Of a DNA stretch of 24,000 nucleotides, positions 13,890 through 21,212 are shown piece by piece. Below the pieces are notes generated by a model. It did not search any database. It was given only the letters and a program-made list of their open reading frames with translations, and had not been told where the DNA came from. The number at the start of each line of letters is the position of its first letter. Within the stretch, counting starts at the first letter, position 1. Source of the stretch: Planctomycetota bacterium (GTDB lineage: Bacteria > Planctomycetota > Phycisphaerae > Phycisphaerales > SM1A02); NCBI GenBank assembly GCA_046047955.1, contig JBJOHC010000109.1, forward strand, positions 676 to 24,675. The letters are read 5' to 3'. Both the position numbers and the translations under genes were made by a program.

Positions 13890-16172
13890 ATGCGCGAATC
13901 CCTCCCCCTCCTGCTCGCGTTCCTTCCGCTTCTCGCCCCGTCCGCGCACGCGTCCCGCGGGGCCGCCGACACCGTCACCGTCGACCGCGACGACATCGAG
14001 GTGCGCGCGTCGTGCACGCTCGCCTTCCCCGCGACGCCCGTCGCCGACGCGGACGGCGACGGCGTCGTCCAGGTCTTCGGCCGCGAGGACGGCGCGCGCA
14101 TCGTCGTCGACCTCGGCGGGGCGCGGCTCGTCGGCGGCGCGGGCGCGCCCGAGTCGCACGCGGGGTTCGGCATCGTCGTGCGCGGTCGGAACGTGACCAT
14201 CCGGAACGGCGCGATCGCGGGCTTCAAGGTCGCGCTCCACGGCGAGGATTGCGACGGCCTCGTCGTCGAGGATCTCGTCACGAGCGACAACTACGCGCAG
14301 CGCCTCCGCTCGACGCCCGCCGCCGAGGACGGCACCGACTGGCTCTTCCCCCACCGGAACGACGGCGGCGAATGGATCCGCGAGCATGGCGCGGGCGTCT
14401 CGGTGCGGCGCGCGAAGGGCGCGGTCATCCGCCGCGTCACGAGTCACCGCACGCAGAACGGCATCGTCCTCGACCGCGTCTCGGGCTCCGAGATCTACGA
14501 CAACGACTGCTCGTTCCTCTCGGGCTGGGGCATCGCGATGTGGCGCGCGTCGTCGAACACCGTGTGCCGCAACAGCCTCGACTTCTGCGTGCGCGGCTAC
14601 TCGCACGGCGTCTACAACCGCGGGCAGGACTCGGCGGGGCTCCTCATGTTCGAGCAGTGCTCCGACAATGTGATCGCCCTCAACAGCATCACCCATGGCG
14701 GCGACGGCGTCTTCGGCTTCGCGGGACGCGAGGCGCTCGGCGAAGGTGCGGGAGGCGACGCGGGCGAGGGCGCGGGCCCCGACTCGAGCCGCGGCAAGGG
14801 CTGCAACGGCAACTGGTTCATCGGCAACGACCTCTCGTTCGCCGCCGCGCACGGTCTCGAGATGACCTTCAGCTTCGGCAACCGCATCGTGCGGAACCGC
14901 TTCGAATCGAACGCGATCTGCGGGATCTGGGGCGGCTACGCGCGCGACACGCTCGTCGCCTCGAACGACTTCCGCAGGAACGGAGGCATGGGCTACGGCG
15001 GCGAGCGCGGCGGCGTGAACATGGAGCACGCGCAGCGCACCGTCGTCGCGACGAACACCTTCCGCGAGGACAGGGTCGGCGTGCGCCTCTGGTCGGACGC
15101 CGACGAGGGGATCCGCCGGCTTCCCTGGGGCATCGCGAACGGGATGGACGCCTCGGACAACCGCATCGCGGGCAACGAGTTCTCGCGCGTCGAGGCGCCG
15201 ATCGAGCTGATCGACGCGCGCGCGACCGTGGTCGAGGCGAACGGCTTCGACGACTGCCCCGCCGAGGTCGTCGAGCGCGGCGGCGAGCCCGCGCGCATGG
15301 CCGAGCGCCTCGGCGACCTGCCGTCGTGGGAGGCCGAGGCCGACCGCATCGTCGCGGCGCTGCCCGGGGAGCGCGCCGCCATCGGTCTGCGCGAGGAGCT
15401 CCGCGGCCGCGAGAGGATCATCATGCGCGAGCACGCGCCCTACGCCTGGGACGGACCGCTCGTCGTCCCCGCGAACGCGAGCCAGTCGCGGGCGGCCTTC
15501 CGCGCGCTCGGCTTCGCCCGCATCGCGGGCACCGATGTGATCGGCCGCGGGCCGCTTCTCGTCGGCGTCGCGGCCGACGGGGTCACGGTCGAGGTCGGAT
15601 CGCAGGACACGGGCTTCGTGACGCCGTTCACCGTGCAGGTGCGCGGGGAGGGCCGCGGCGAGAAGGCGGTCGCGCGGGGCGTGCTCGCGCCGGGCGCCTG
15701 GCGCACGCGGATCTTCGCGCTCGACGAGACGCCCGAGGGCGCGGCGCCCGTCGCGCTCGCGGCCGTTCCCGATCCCGACGCCTTCCGCGCGCGCGCGGCG
15801 CTCGAGACGCGCGAATTCGTCCTGCGCGAGATCGATTTCGACTTCGCGAACGCGGGCCCCTCGCAGGCCGTCCCCGACCCCGATGTCGAGCGCCTCGCCT
15901 TCGGCCGCGACCGCTTCGGCGTCGTCGCCGAGACGACGCTCGCGTTCCAGCCGGGCCGCTGGCGGATCGTCACCGAGTCGGACGACGGCGTCCGCCTCCT
16001 CGTCGACGGCGCCGTCGCGATCGAGCGCTGGAACATCCACGGCCCCACGCGGGACGCGTACGAACTCGTCGTTCCCGAGCGGCGCGAGGTGCCGCTGCGA
16101 CTCGAGTACTTCGAGAACGACGGCTTCGCGAGGCTCCGGCTGCGATTCGAGCATCTCGGCAAGGCGGGCTGA
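13890..16172 (+). CDS. Secreted right-handed parallel beta-helix repeat protein with a C-terminal PA14-like domain
   Basis: Lies within ORF 13728..16172; in-frame ATG 13890 gives the signal peptide MRESLPLLLAFLPLLAPSAHA. There are many ~22-aa Asn/Gly-turn repeats (IRNGAIAGF, IYDNDCSF, VCRNSLDF, VIALNSITHGGDGV, WFIGNDLSF, IVRNRFESN, LVASNDFRRN, VVATNTFRED, IAGNEFS). The C-terminus (WRIVTESDDGVRLLVDGAVAIERWNIHGP...LRLEYFENDGFARLRLRF) matches the PA14 pattern. Confidence 0.8.
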   Translation: MRESLPLLLAFLPLLAPSAHASRGAADTVTVDRDDIEVRASCTLAFPATPVADADGDGVVQVFGREDGARIVVDLGGARLVGGAGAPESHAGFGIVVRGRNVTIRNGAIAGFKVALHGEDCDGLVVEDLVTSDNYAQRLRSTPAAEDGTDWLFPHRNDGGEWIREHGAGVSVRRAKGAVIRRVTSHRTQNGIVLDRVSGSEIYDNDCSFLSGWGIAMWRASSNTVCRNSLDFCVRGYSHGVYNRGQDSAGLLMFEQCSDNVIALNSITHGGDGVFGFAGREALGEGAGGDAGEGAGPDSSRGKGCNGNWFIGNDLSFAAAHGLEMTFSFGNRIVRNRFESNAICGIWGGYARDTLVASNDFRRNGGMGYGGERGGVNMEHAQRTVVATNTFREDRVGVRLWSDADEGIRRLPWGIANGMDASDNRIAGNEFSRVEAPIELIDARATVVEANGFDDCPAEVVERGGEPARMAERLGDLPSWEAEADRIVAALPGERAAIGLREELRGRERIIMREHAPYAWDGPLVVPANASQSRAAFRALGFARIAGTDVIGRGPLLVGVAADGVTVEVGSQDTGFVTPFTVQVRGEGRGEKAVARGVLAPGAWRTRIFALDETPEGAAPVALAAVPDPDAFRARAALETREFVLREIDFDFANAGPSQAVPDPDVERLAFGRDRFGVVAETTLAFQPGRWRIVTESDDGVRLLVDGAVAIERWNIHGPTRDAYELVVPERREVPLRLEYFENDGFARLRLRFEHLGKAG

Positions 16173-16439
16173 GGCCGAGCGGGGCGGCGCGGGACGGCGC
16201 GGGATCGACCGCGGCGATCCGCACGACCCGCCGCGCCCCCCCGCCGCCGCACGGGTCCCGCGATCCGTCATTTTCCCGTTCAGGCGCCTTTCCCCTTCCT
16301 CCGACGGGGCGAGGTGGTATCGTCCACCCCATGACCCGCCGCCCGACCCGCTCCGCATGAAGACCGCCGCCTCCCAGCGGCTTGGTTCGATGCGTGCGGC
16401 CGTCGCCCTCGACGCGCGTCGCCCTCCGACATCCAGCCC

Positions 16440-16457
16440 GTCCCGATCGATCGGGAC
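16440..16457. repeat. 18-bp perfect palindrome GTCCCGATCGATCGGGAC in the infC upstream region
   Basis: GTCCCGATC is followed directly by its reverse complement GATCGGGAC, about 55 nt upstream of the infC GTG. Confidence 0.9.
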
Positions 16458-16511
16458 CCCGTACCGCGCGCGCGCCACAGGTGGCCTGCCGTCCGCGCGA
16501 CCACGCACCGT

Positions 16512-17213
16512 GTGACCGCCACCATCGAAAGGAACCAAGCCATCTATCCGCCGCGCAGACCCTTTGGGGGACGGTCCGAACGGGACTTCGGACCACGCAT
16601 CAACGACCGCATCCGCATCACGCCCGTTCGACTTCTCGATGAGAACGGCGAGATGGTGGGCGTCGTCGAACTCGACGAGGCCAAGCGCCGCGCGTACGAC
16701 TCGGGACTCGATCTCGTCGAGATCTCGCCCGACAGCCGTCCGCCCGTGTGCAAGATCATGGACTTCGGCAAGTTCAAGTACGAGCAGTCGAAGAAGGAGA
16801 AGGCCAACAAGGCGAAGAGCAAGGCCTCCGAAATGAAGGAGGTCCGCCTCGGCCGCTCCATGAAGATCGATCCGCACGATGTCGACATCCGCGTCGCGCA
16901 GGCGCGCCGGTTCCTCATCGAGGGCCACCGCGTGCAGATCATCCAGAACTTCCGTGGCCGCGAGATGGCCTTCCGCGAGAAGGGCGACATGCGCATGGAG
17001 GAGATCATCCAGCGCCTCTCCGACCTCGCGAAGGTCGAGGTGCCGCCGCGCCTGAACGGTCGCCGCATGGGCATGATCCTCGTCCCCGAGAAGCAGAAGG
17101 TCGAGGCGTACAAGAAGAAGATGGTCGCCGAAGGAAAGCCCGTGCTGCCCTCGATTCCCGAGCAGCTCGAGGAGTTCCACGACGACGACGAGGACGACGG
17201 CGGCGAGGAGTGA
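16512..17213 (+). CDS. infC: Translation initiation factor IF-3
   Basis: ORF 16512..17213. RINDRIRITPVRLLDENGEMVGVV..., LDLVEISPDSRPPVCKIMDFGKFKYE and NFRGREMAF align with canonical IF-3. The start is uncertain: GTG 16512 in the ORF track, or a possible non-canonical ATC at 16542 preceded by AAAGGA. There is a ~37-aa Lys-rich then acidic C-terminal extension. Confidence 0.9.
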   Translation: MTATIERNQAIYPPRRPFGGRSERDFGPRINDRIRITPVRLLDENGEMVGVVELDEAKRRAYDSGLDLVEISPDSRPPVCKIMDFGKFKYEQSKKEKANKAKSKASEMKEVRLGRSMKIDPHDVDIRVAQARRFLIEGHRVQIIQNFRGREMAFREKGDMRMEEIIQRLSDLAKVEVPPRLNGRRMGMILVPEKQKVEAYKKKMVAEGKPVLPSIPEQLEEFHDDDEDDGGEE

Positions 17214-17275
17214 TGCCCCGCGGCGGCCGCGCGATCGCGCGCGGTCGCGAACGGGTTCCCGTCCGGTTGACTCTC

Positions 17276-17313
17276 GCAGGCGCGGCCCCCCGGCCGCGCC
17301 TGCGTTCGTTTCG
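17276..17313 (+). terminator. Rho-independent terminator after infC
   Basis: Perfect 12-bp stem GCAGGCGCGGCC (17276-17287) / GGCCGCGCCTGC (17292-17303) with a CCCC loop, followed by GTTCGTTTCGG. Confidence 0.8.
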
Positions 17314-17362
17314 GAGCCGGCGGATCGCGGCGCGCGCAGGCGGCTCGTAGACTCCGCGCGCG

Positions 17363-18115
17363 ATGCGCGAACCGCTCCGACATGACCGATCGTTCGCGGC
17401 CGCGTGCTCCGCGCGCGACGCGGCCGGATGCGTGGCGGGCGACGGGGATGTCCGCGCGGGCGGTGCGCCGTTCGCGATCGCGGTCCTCGTCACGCCGTGG
17501 CAGCCGTCGCGGATCGGCGCGCGGCGCCCCGTGCGCGACGCCGATGCCTTCGCGCAGCTCGGCGCCGATCGGATCGACCGCGCGCTGCAGGCCTCGCGCG
17601 TGCGGGCGACCTTCGTGATCGATCCGCTCTGGGCGCAGCGGCACGCGGCCGACGCGCTCCGCATCGCCGCGCGACACGAGGTCGCCGTCCTCGGCTACGA
17701 CGCGCGTCGACCGTCTTCCAGCGATCCCGCGCGCGGCGCCGAAGCGCTCGAACGGCTGACGGGCGTGCGCCCGCGGTTCTTCCTTCCCGCGCGAGACGCG
17801 CCCTGTCCGCCCGAGGCGATTCTCGCGGCGGGACTTCGCGATGCGCGGACGCTCCGCCTCGCCAGGATCGGGCGGTCCGAACGGCTCGGTTGGCGCGGAC
17901 TCCGCATCGGCCCGGCCGTCCTCGCGCTGCTTCCGCGCTCGATGGTGGCGTCGGCGCTCGCGCGCGACCGCGCGGGATGCAGCCCCGCGGTCCTCGTCGA
18001 CGCGAGCGCCGCCGCCGACCTCCGCGGCCTCGCGGGCGCCCCACTCGGCGGCTTCGGAACGGGGATGGGGTTCGCTTCGGCGCTTGCGGCGATCGCGGAG
18101 CTCGGCGAGTCGTGA
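17363..18115 (+). CDS. Hypothetical protein, weakly polysaccharide-deacetylase (NodB)-like but lacking the canonical catalytic motifs
   Basis: ORF 17363..18115 has G/C-dominated third positions and a non-degenerate amino-acid composition, unlike the overlapping Arg-rich ORFs. RATFVIDPLWAQRHAADALRIAARHEVAVLGYD and LTGVRPRFFLPA loosely resemble NodB-domain motifs. No TFDDG-type or HxxH-type motif is seen. Confidence 0.5.
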   Translation: MREPLRHDRSFAAACSARDAAGCVAGDGDVRAGGAPFAIAVLVTPWQPSRIGARRPVRDADAFAQLGADRIDRALQASRVRATFVIDPLWAQRHAADALRIAARHEVAVLGYDARRPSSSDPARGAEALERLTGVRPRFFLPARDAPCPPEAILAAGLRDARTLRLARIGRSERLGWRGLRIGPAVLALLPRSMVASALARDRAGCSPAVLVDASAAADLRGLAGAPLGGFGTGMGFASALAAIAELGES

Positions 18116-18285
18116 CGGGGATCGGCGCGGGGAGAGGGGCGGACGCAGGAAAGGCCGTCCGAACGGGCGCCATCTGAAGGCGCGCGCCGGACGGCGAGGG
18201 CGCCCGACCGGCGACGACCGGTTCCGCTCGACCGTGTCGAGGAGACTCGGGCGGCATCGAGGGGTTCGAGGCCTCACCTCGTACC

Positions 18286-18340
18286 CGTCGCGTGCCCGTC
18301 GCGTGCCCGCCGCGTGACCGTCGCATGCCCGCCGCGGCCC
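18286..18340. repeat. 11-nt tandem repeat (consensus CGTCGCGTGCC), 5 copies, in a 560-nt noncoding gap
   Basis: cgtcgcgtgcc / cgtcgcgtgcc / cgccgcgtgac / cgtcgcatgcc / cgccgcggccc, contiguous from 18286 to 18340. Confidence 0.9.
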
Positions 18341-18609
18341 GATGGGCGCCGCTTCCGCCCGTCTCGCTCGCATGACGCGCGCCCGTCGATCGCAGCCGCG
18401 CGCGGCCCCGTCGGGAAGGCAAGTACCGCGCCGCACGCCGTTTCCATCGCATGGCGCCGTTCGCCGCGACCGCCGCACGCTCCGTCCGTCGGGATCGCCG
18501 CCGCCCGCGAAGCGTCGTCCATCTCGCACCCCTTCGACGGCGCGCCGACCGATCGCCACCTCGGCGCCCAGGCCCGCGGGCGACCTCGGGAAAAATCGCG
18601 CGCCGCTGA

Positions 18610-18641
18610 TTGCTTTTTATGCAGGCAGATGTATATTCATT
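18610..18641 (+). promoter_or_regulatory. Candidate sigma70-type promoter (TTGCTT-N16-TATATT) overlapping an ARG-box-like near-palindrome, upstream of argR
   Basis: This is the only AT-rich island in the window (ttgctttttatgcaggcagatgtatattcatt). -35 TTGCTT at 18610-18615, 16-nt spacer, -10 TATATT at 18632-18637, about 38 nt before the argR GTG. ATGTAT|ATTCAT (18629-18640) is one mismatch from a perfect palindrome and contains the ATTCA half-site of ARG boxes. Confidence 0.5.
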
Positions 18642-18674
18642 CCCTTCCCCTCCGCACGCCGCCCGCGAGAAGCC

Positions 18675-19130
18675 GTGAAGACCCGCCGCCACGCCACCAT
18701 CCGCACCCTCATCGCCGCCGGCGAGATCCGCAGCCAGCAGGAGCTCGGCCAGCGTCTCGCGCGCGAGGGAATCGAGGTGACGCAGGCGACGCTCTCGCGC
18801 GATCTCGCCGAGATCGGCGTCCTCAAGGGGCCGGACGGCTACCAGCTGCCGGGCGCGGCGCCGGCGCCCGCGAACGAGGAGACGCTCGCCCGCGTCCTCC
18901 GCCGCGAGCTCCTCTCGGCGACCGCGGGCGGCACGCTCGTCGTCCTCAAGACGCTGCCCGGCCACGGCAACGCGCTCGCGATCGAACTCGACCGCGCGAG
19001 CACCGCCGGCACGATCAAGGGCGTGCTCGGCTCGATCGCGGGCGACGACACGATCTTCCTCGCCGCCTCGAGCGACCTCGCCGCGCGACGCCTCGCGAAG
19101 GAACTGCGCGGCGCCGCGCAGCTCGTCTGA
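18675..19130 (+). CDS. argR: Arginine repressor ArgR
   Basis: Lies within ORF 18342..19130; in-frame GTG 18675 gives (M)KTRRHATIRTLIAAGEIRSQQELGQRLAREGIEVTQATLSRDLAEIG. This aligns with the winged-helix N-terminus of ArgR/AhrC (QATVSRD motif). The C-terminal oligomerisation domain includes GSIAGDDTIFL (GTIAGDDT-like). Confidence 0.9.
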   Translation: MKTRRHATIRTLIAAGEIRSQQELGQRLAREGIEVTQATLSRDLAEIGVLKGPDGYQLPGAAPAPANEETLARVLRRELLSATAGGTLVVLKTLPGHGNALAIELDRASTAGTIKGVLGSIAGDDTIFLAASSDLAARRLAKELRGAAQLV

Positions 19131-19164
19131 GCCGGCGCCGCGCCACCGCCGTCCACCGCCCGCT

Positions 19165-19188
19165 CTCCTCCGCTCCTCCGCTCCTCCG
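19165..19188 (+). repeat. 8-nt tandem repeat CTCCTCCG x3 in the argR-argC spacer
   Basis: ctcctccg at 19165-19172, 19173-19180 and 19181-19188, ending 22 nt upstream of the argC TTG start. Confidence 0.9.
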
Positions 19189-19209
19189 ATTCGCCACACG
19201 GAACCCGCG

Positions 19210-20301
19210 TTGAACGACTCCACCCGCTCCCTCGACCACCAGCCCCTCCGCGTCGCCGTCGTCGGTGCGAGCGGCTATGCGGGCGCCGAGCTCCTCGCGA
19301 TCCTCGCGGGCCATCCGTCGGCCGAAGTCGTCGCGCTCTTCGGCTCCTCGCGGAAGGCCGAAGAGGGCGCGCCCACGGCCGCCGACCTCTTCCCCCGCTT
19401 CGAGGGGCTTCCCGTCGGCGCGCTGCGCGTCGAGCCGTTCTCGGTGGACGCGGCCTGCGCCGCGGGCCTCGACGCCATCTTCCTCGCGACGCCGCACGAA
19501 CTCTCGCACGAGGTCGCGGGCGCGCTCGTCGACGCGGGCATCGTCGTCCTCGACCTCTCGGCGGCGTTCCGCCTCTCCGACCGCGCCGTCTTCGAGCGGA
19601 ACTACGGCTTCGCCCACGCGCACGCGGCGCTCCTCGCCGAGGCCGCGTACGGCCTCGCCGAGTTCAACGCCGACGCGATCGCGCGCGCACGGCTCGTCGC
19701 GGTGCCGGGCTGCTATCCGACGGCGTCGATCCTCGCGATCCGTCCGCTCGTCGAGGCGGGACTCGTCGACCTCTCGCGCCCCGCCATCGTCGACGCGGTC
19801 AGCGGCGTCTCGGGCGCGGGCCGCCGGGCCGAGGTGAAGAGCCTCTTCTGCGAAGTCTCGATGCAGGCCTACGGCGTCTTCAAGCACCGCCACCGACCCG
19901 AGATCGCCGAGCACGCGGGCATGCCCGCGATCTTCACGCCGCACCTCGGCTGCTACGACCGCGGCATCCTCGCGACCGTGCACCTCGAGCTCGTCGCGGG
20001 CGCGACCGAGGCCGAGGTCCGCGCCGCCTACGCGCGCGCCTACGCGGGCCGCGCGTTCGTGCGCCTCCTCGCCGCGGGACGCTGGCCGAGCGTCGCCGCC
20101 GTCGCGCGCACGAACTTCTGCGACATCGGCTTCGCCCTCGAGGGCGCGCACCTCATCGTCGAGAGCGCGATCGACAACCTCGTGAAGGGCGCGGCGGGCC
20201 AGGCCGTCCAGTGCATGAACATCCGCTTCGGACTCGACGAGCGCGCGGGCTTCGGCGCGCTCGCCGCGGGCGCTCCCGCGCTCGCGGGAGGTGCGGCGTG
20301 A
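19210..20301 (+). CDS. argC: N-acetyl-gamma-glutamyl-phosphate reductase
   Basis: ORF 19210..20301 (TTG start). LRVAVVGASGYAGAELL is the NAD(P)-binding motif, VAVPGCYPTASILAIRPL contains the catalytic Cys, and VSGVSGAG is present. The stop overlaps the argB start as GTGA. Confidence 0.9.
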   Translation: MNDSTRSLDHQPLRVAVVGASGYAGAELLAILAGHPSAEVVALFGSSRKAEEGAPTAADLFPRFEGLPVGALRVEPFSVDAACAAGLDAIFLATPHELSHEVAGALVDAGIVVLDLSAAFRLSDRAVFERNYGFAHAHAALLAEAAYGLAEFNADAIARARLVAVPGCYPTASILAIRPLVEAGLVDLSRPAIVDAVSGVSGAGRRAEVKSLFCEVSMQAYGVFKHRHRPEIAEHAGMPAIFTPHLGCYDRGILATVHLELVAGATEAEVRAAYARAYAGRAFVRLLAAGRWPSVAAVARTNFCDIGFALEGAHLIVESAIDNLVKGAAGQAVQCMNIRFGLDERAGFGALAAGAPALAGGAA

Positions 20302-21176
20302 ACGGCGTTCCGCTCCCCTCGCATCCCGTCGAGCTCGACGCGACGCGCGCCGCGCGCGGCCCCCTCGTCGTCAAGGTCGGCGGCGCGCTCCTCGAGGCGG
20401 CCGACGCCGATCCCGCGGCGCTCGCGCCGACCTTCGCGGGGCTCGTCGCGCTTCACCATGCGCACGCCGCGAAGGGTGGCGGCGGCATCGTCCTCGTCCA
20501 TGGCGGCGGCGCGCAGGTCGACGCGATGCTCGCGCGGCTCGGCATCGAGACCCCGCGCATCGAGGGGATCCGCGTCACGACGCGCGAGGCGATCGACCCG
20601 ATCGCGGGCGTCCTCGCGGGCAGCGCGCACCTGCGCTTCATGGGACACCTCGCGGCGCATGGCGCGCGCGCGGTCGGCCTCTCGCTGTCGGACGGCGGCC
20701 TCTGCACCTGCCGCCACACGACGAGGTTCGCCTTCGACGCGGGCGAGGTCGGCGAGATCACGGGCGGCGACGGCGCCGTCGTCGACACGCTCCTCGCCGC
20801 GGGATTCCTGCCCGTCGTCAACTCGATCGGCCTCTCCGCCGAGGGCGCGCCCCTCAATGTGAACGCCGACGAGGCCGCGTGCGCGATCGCGCGCGTCACC
20901 GGCGCCGACGCGCTCGTCCTCCTCACCGATGTCGCGGGCGTCCTCGACGCGTCGAGGTCGCTGATCCCCGCGCTCGACGCCGACGCGATCGACGCGCTCA
21001 TCGCCGACGGCACGATCTCGGGCGGCATGATCCCCAAGGTGCGCAACGCGCTCGCCGCGGCGCGCGAGGCGGGCTGCCCCGCCACGATCGCCTCGTGGCG
21101 CGACCCCGCCGCCATCGCGACCGGCGCCGCCGGAACCCGCATCGCCGCGACCGCTCCCGTCGCGCTTCCCGCCTGA
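20298..21176 (+). CDS. argB: Acetylglutamate kinase
   Basis: Lies within ORF 20211..21176; in-frame GTG 20298 is preceded by GGGAGG (20286-20291) with a 6-nt spacer. VVKVGGALL, LVHGGGAQVD, NVNADEAA and GGMIPKV are amino-acid-kinase/ArgB motifs. Confidence 0.9.
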   Translation: MNGVPLPSHPVELDATRAARGPLVVKVGGALLEAADADPAALAPTFAGLVALHHAHAAKGGGGIVLVHGGGAQVDAMLARLGIETPRIEGIRVTTREAIDPIAGVLAGSAHLRFMGHLAAHGARAVGLSLSDGGLCTCRHTTRFAFDAGEVGEITGGDGAVVDTLLAAGFLPVVNSIGLSAEGAPLNVNADEAACAIARVTGADALVLLTDVAGVLDASRSLIPALDADAIDALIADGTISGGMIPKVRNALAAAREAGCPATIASWRDPAAIATGAAGTRIAATAPVALPA

Positions 21177-21212
21177 ATCCAACGCCCACGCGCGAGAAAG
21201 GACACGCCTCCC

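Noticed and set aside
13704-17180. 1158-aa minus-strand ORF, and the 1060-aa plus-strand ORF 13178..16360
   Set aside because: Both are shadow frames of the beta-helix/PA14 gene, infC and the sulfotransferase. Their composition is degenerate (R/A/G/D/E), and they would overlap well-supported genes along their whole length.
18261-18275. tRNA T-arm-like sequence GGGGTTCGAGGCCTC
   Set aside because: No complementary acceptor stem, D-arm or anticodon arm can be built from the preceding ~60 nt, so this is not a tRNA gene. At most it is a remnant, or a chance match.
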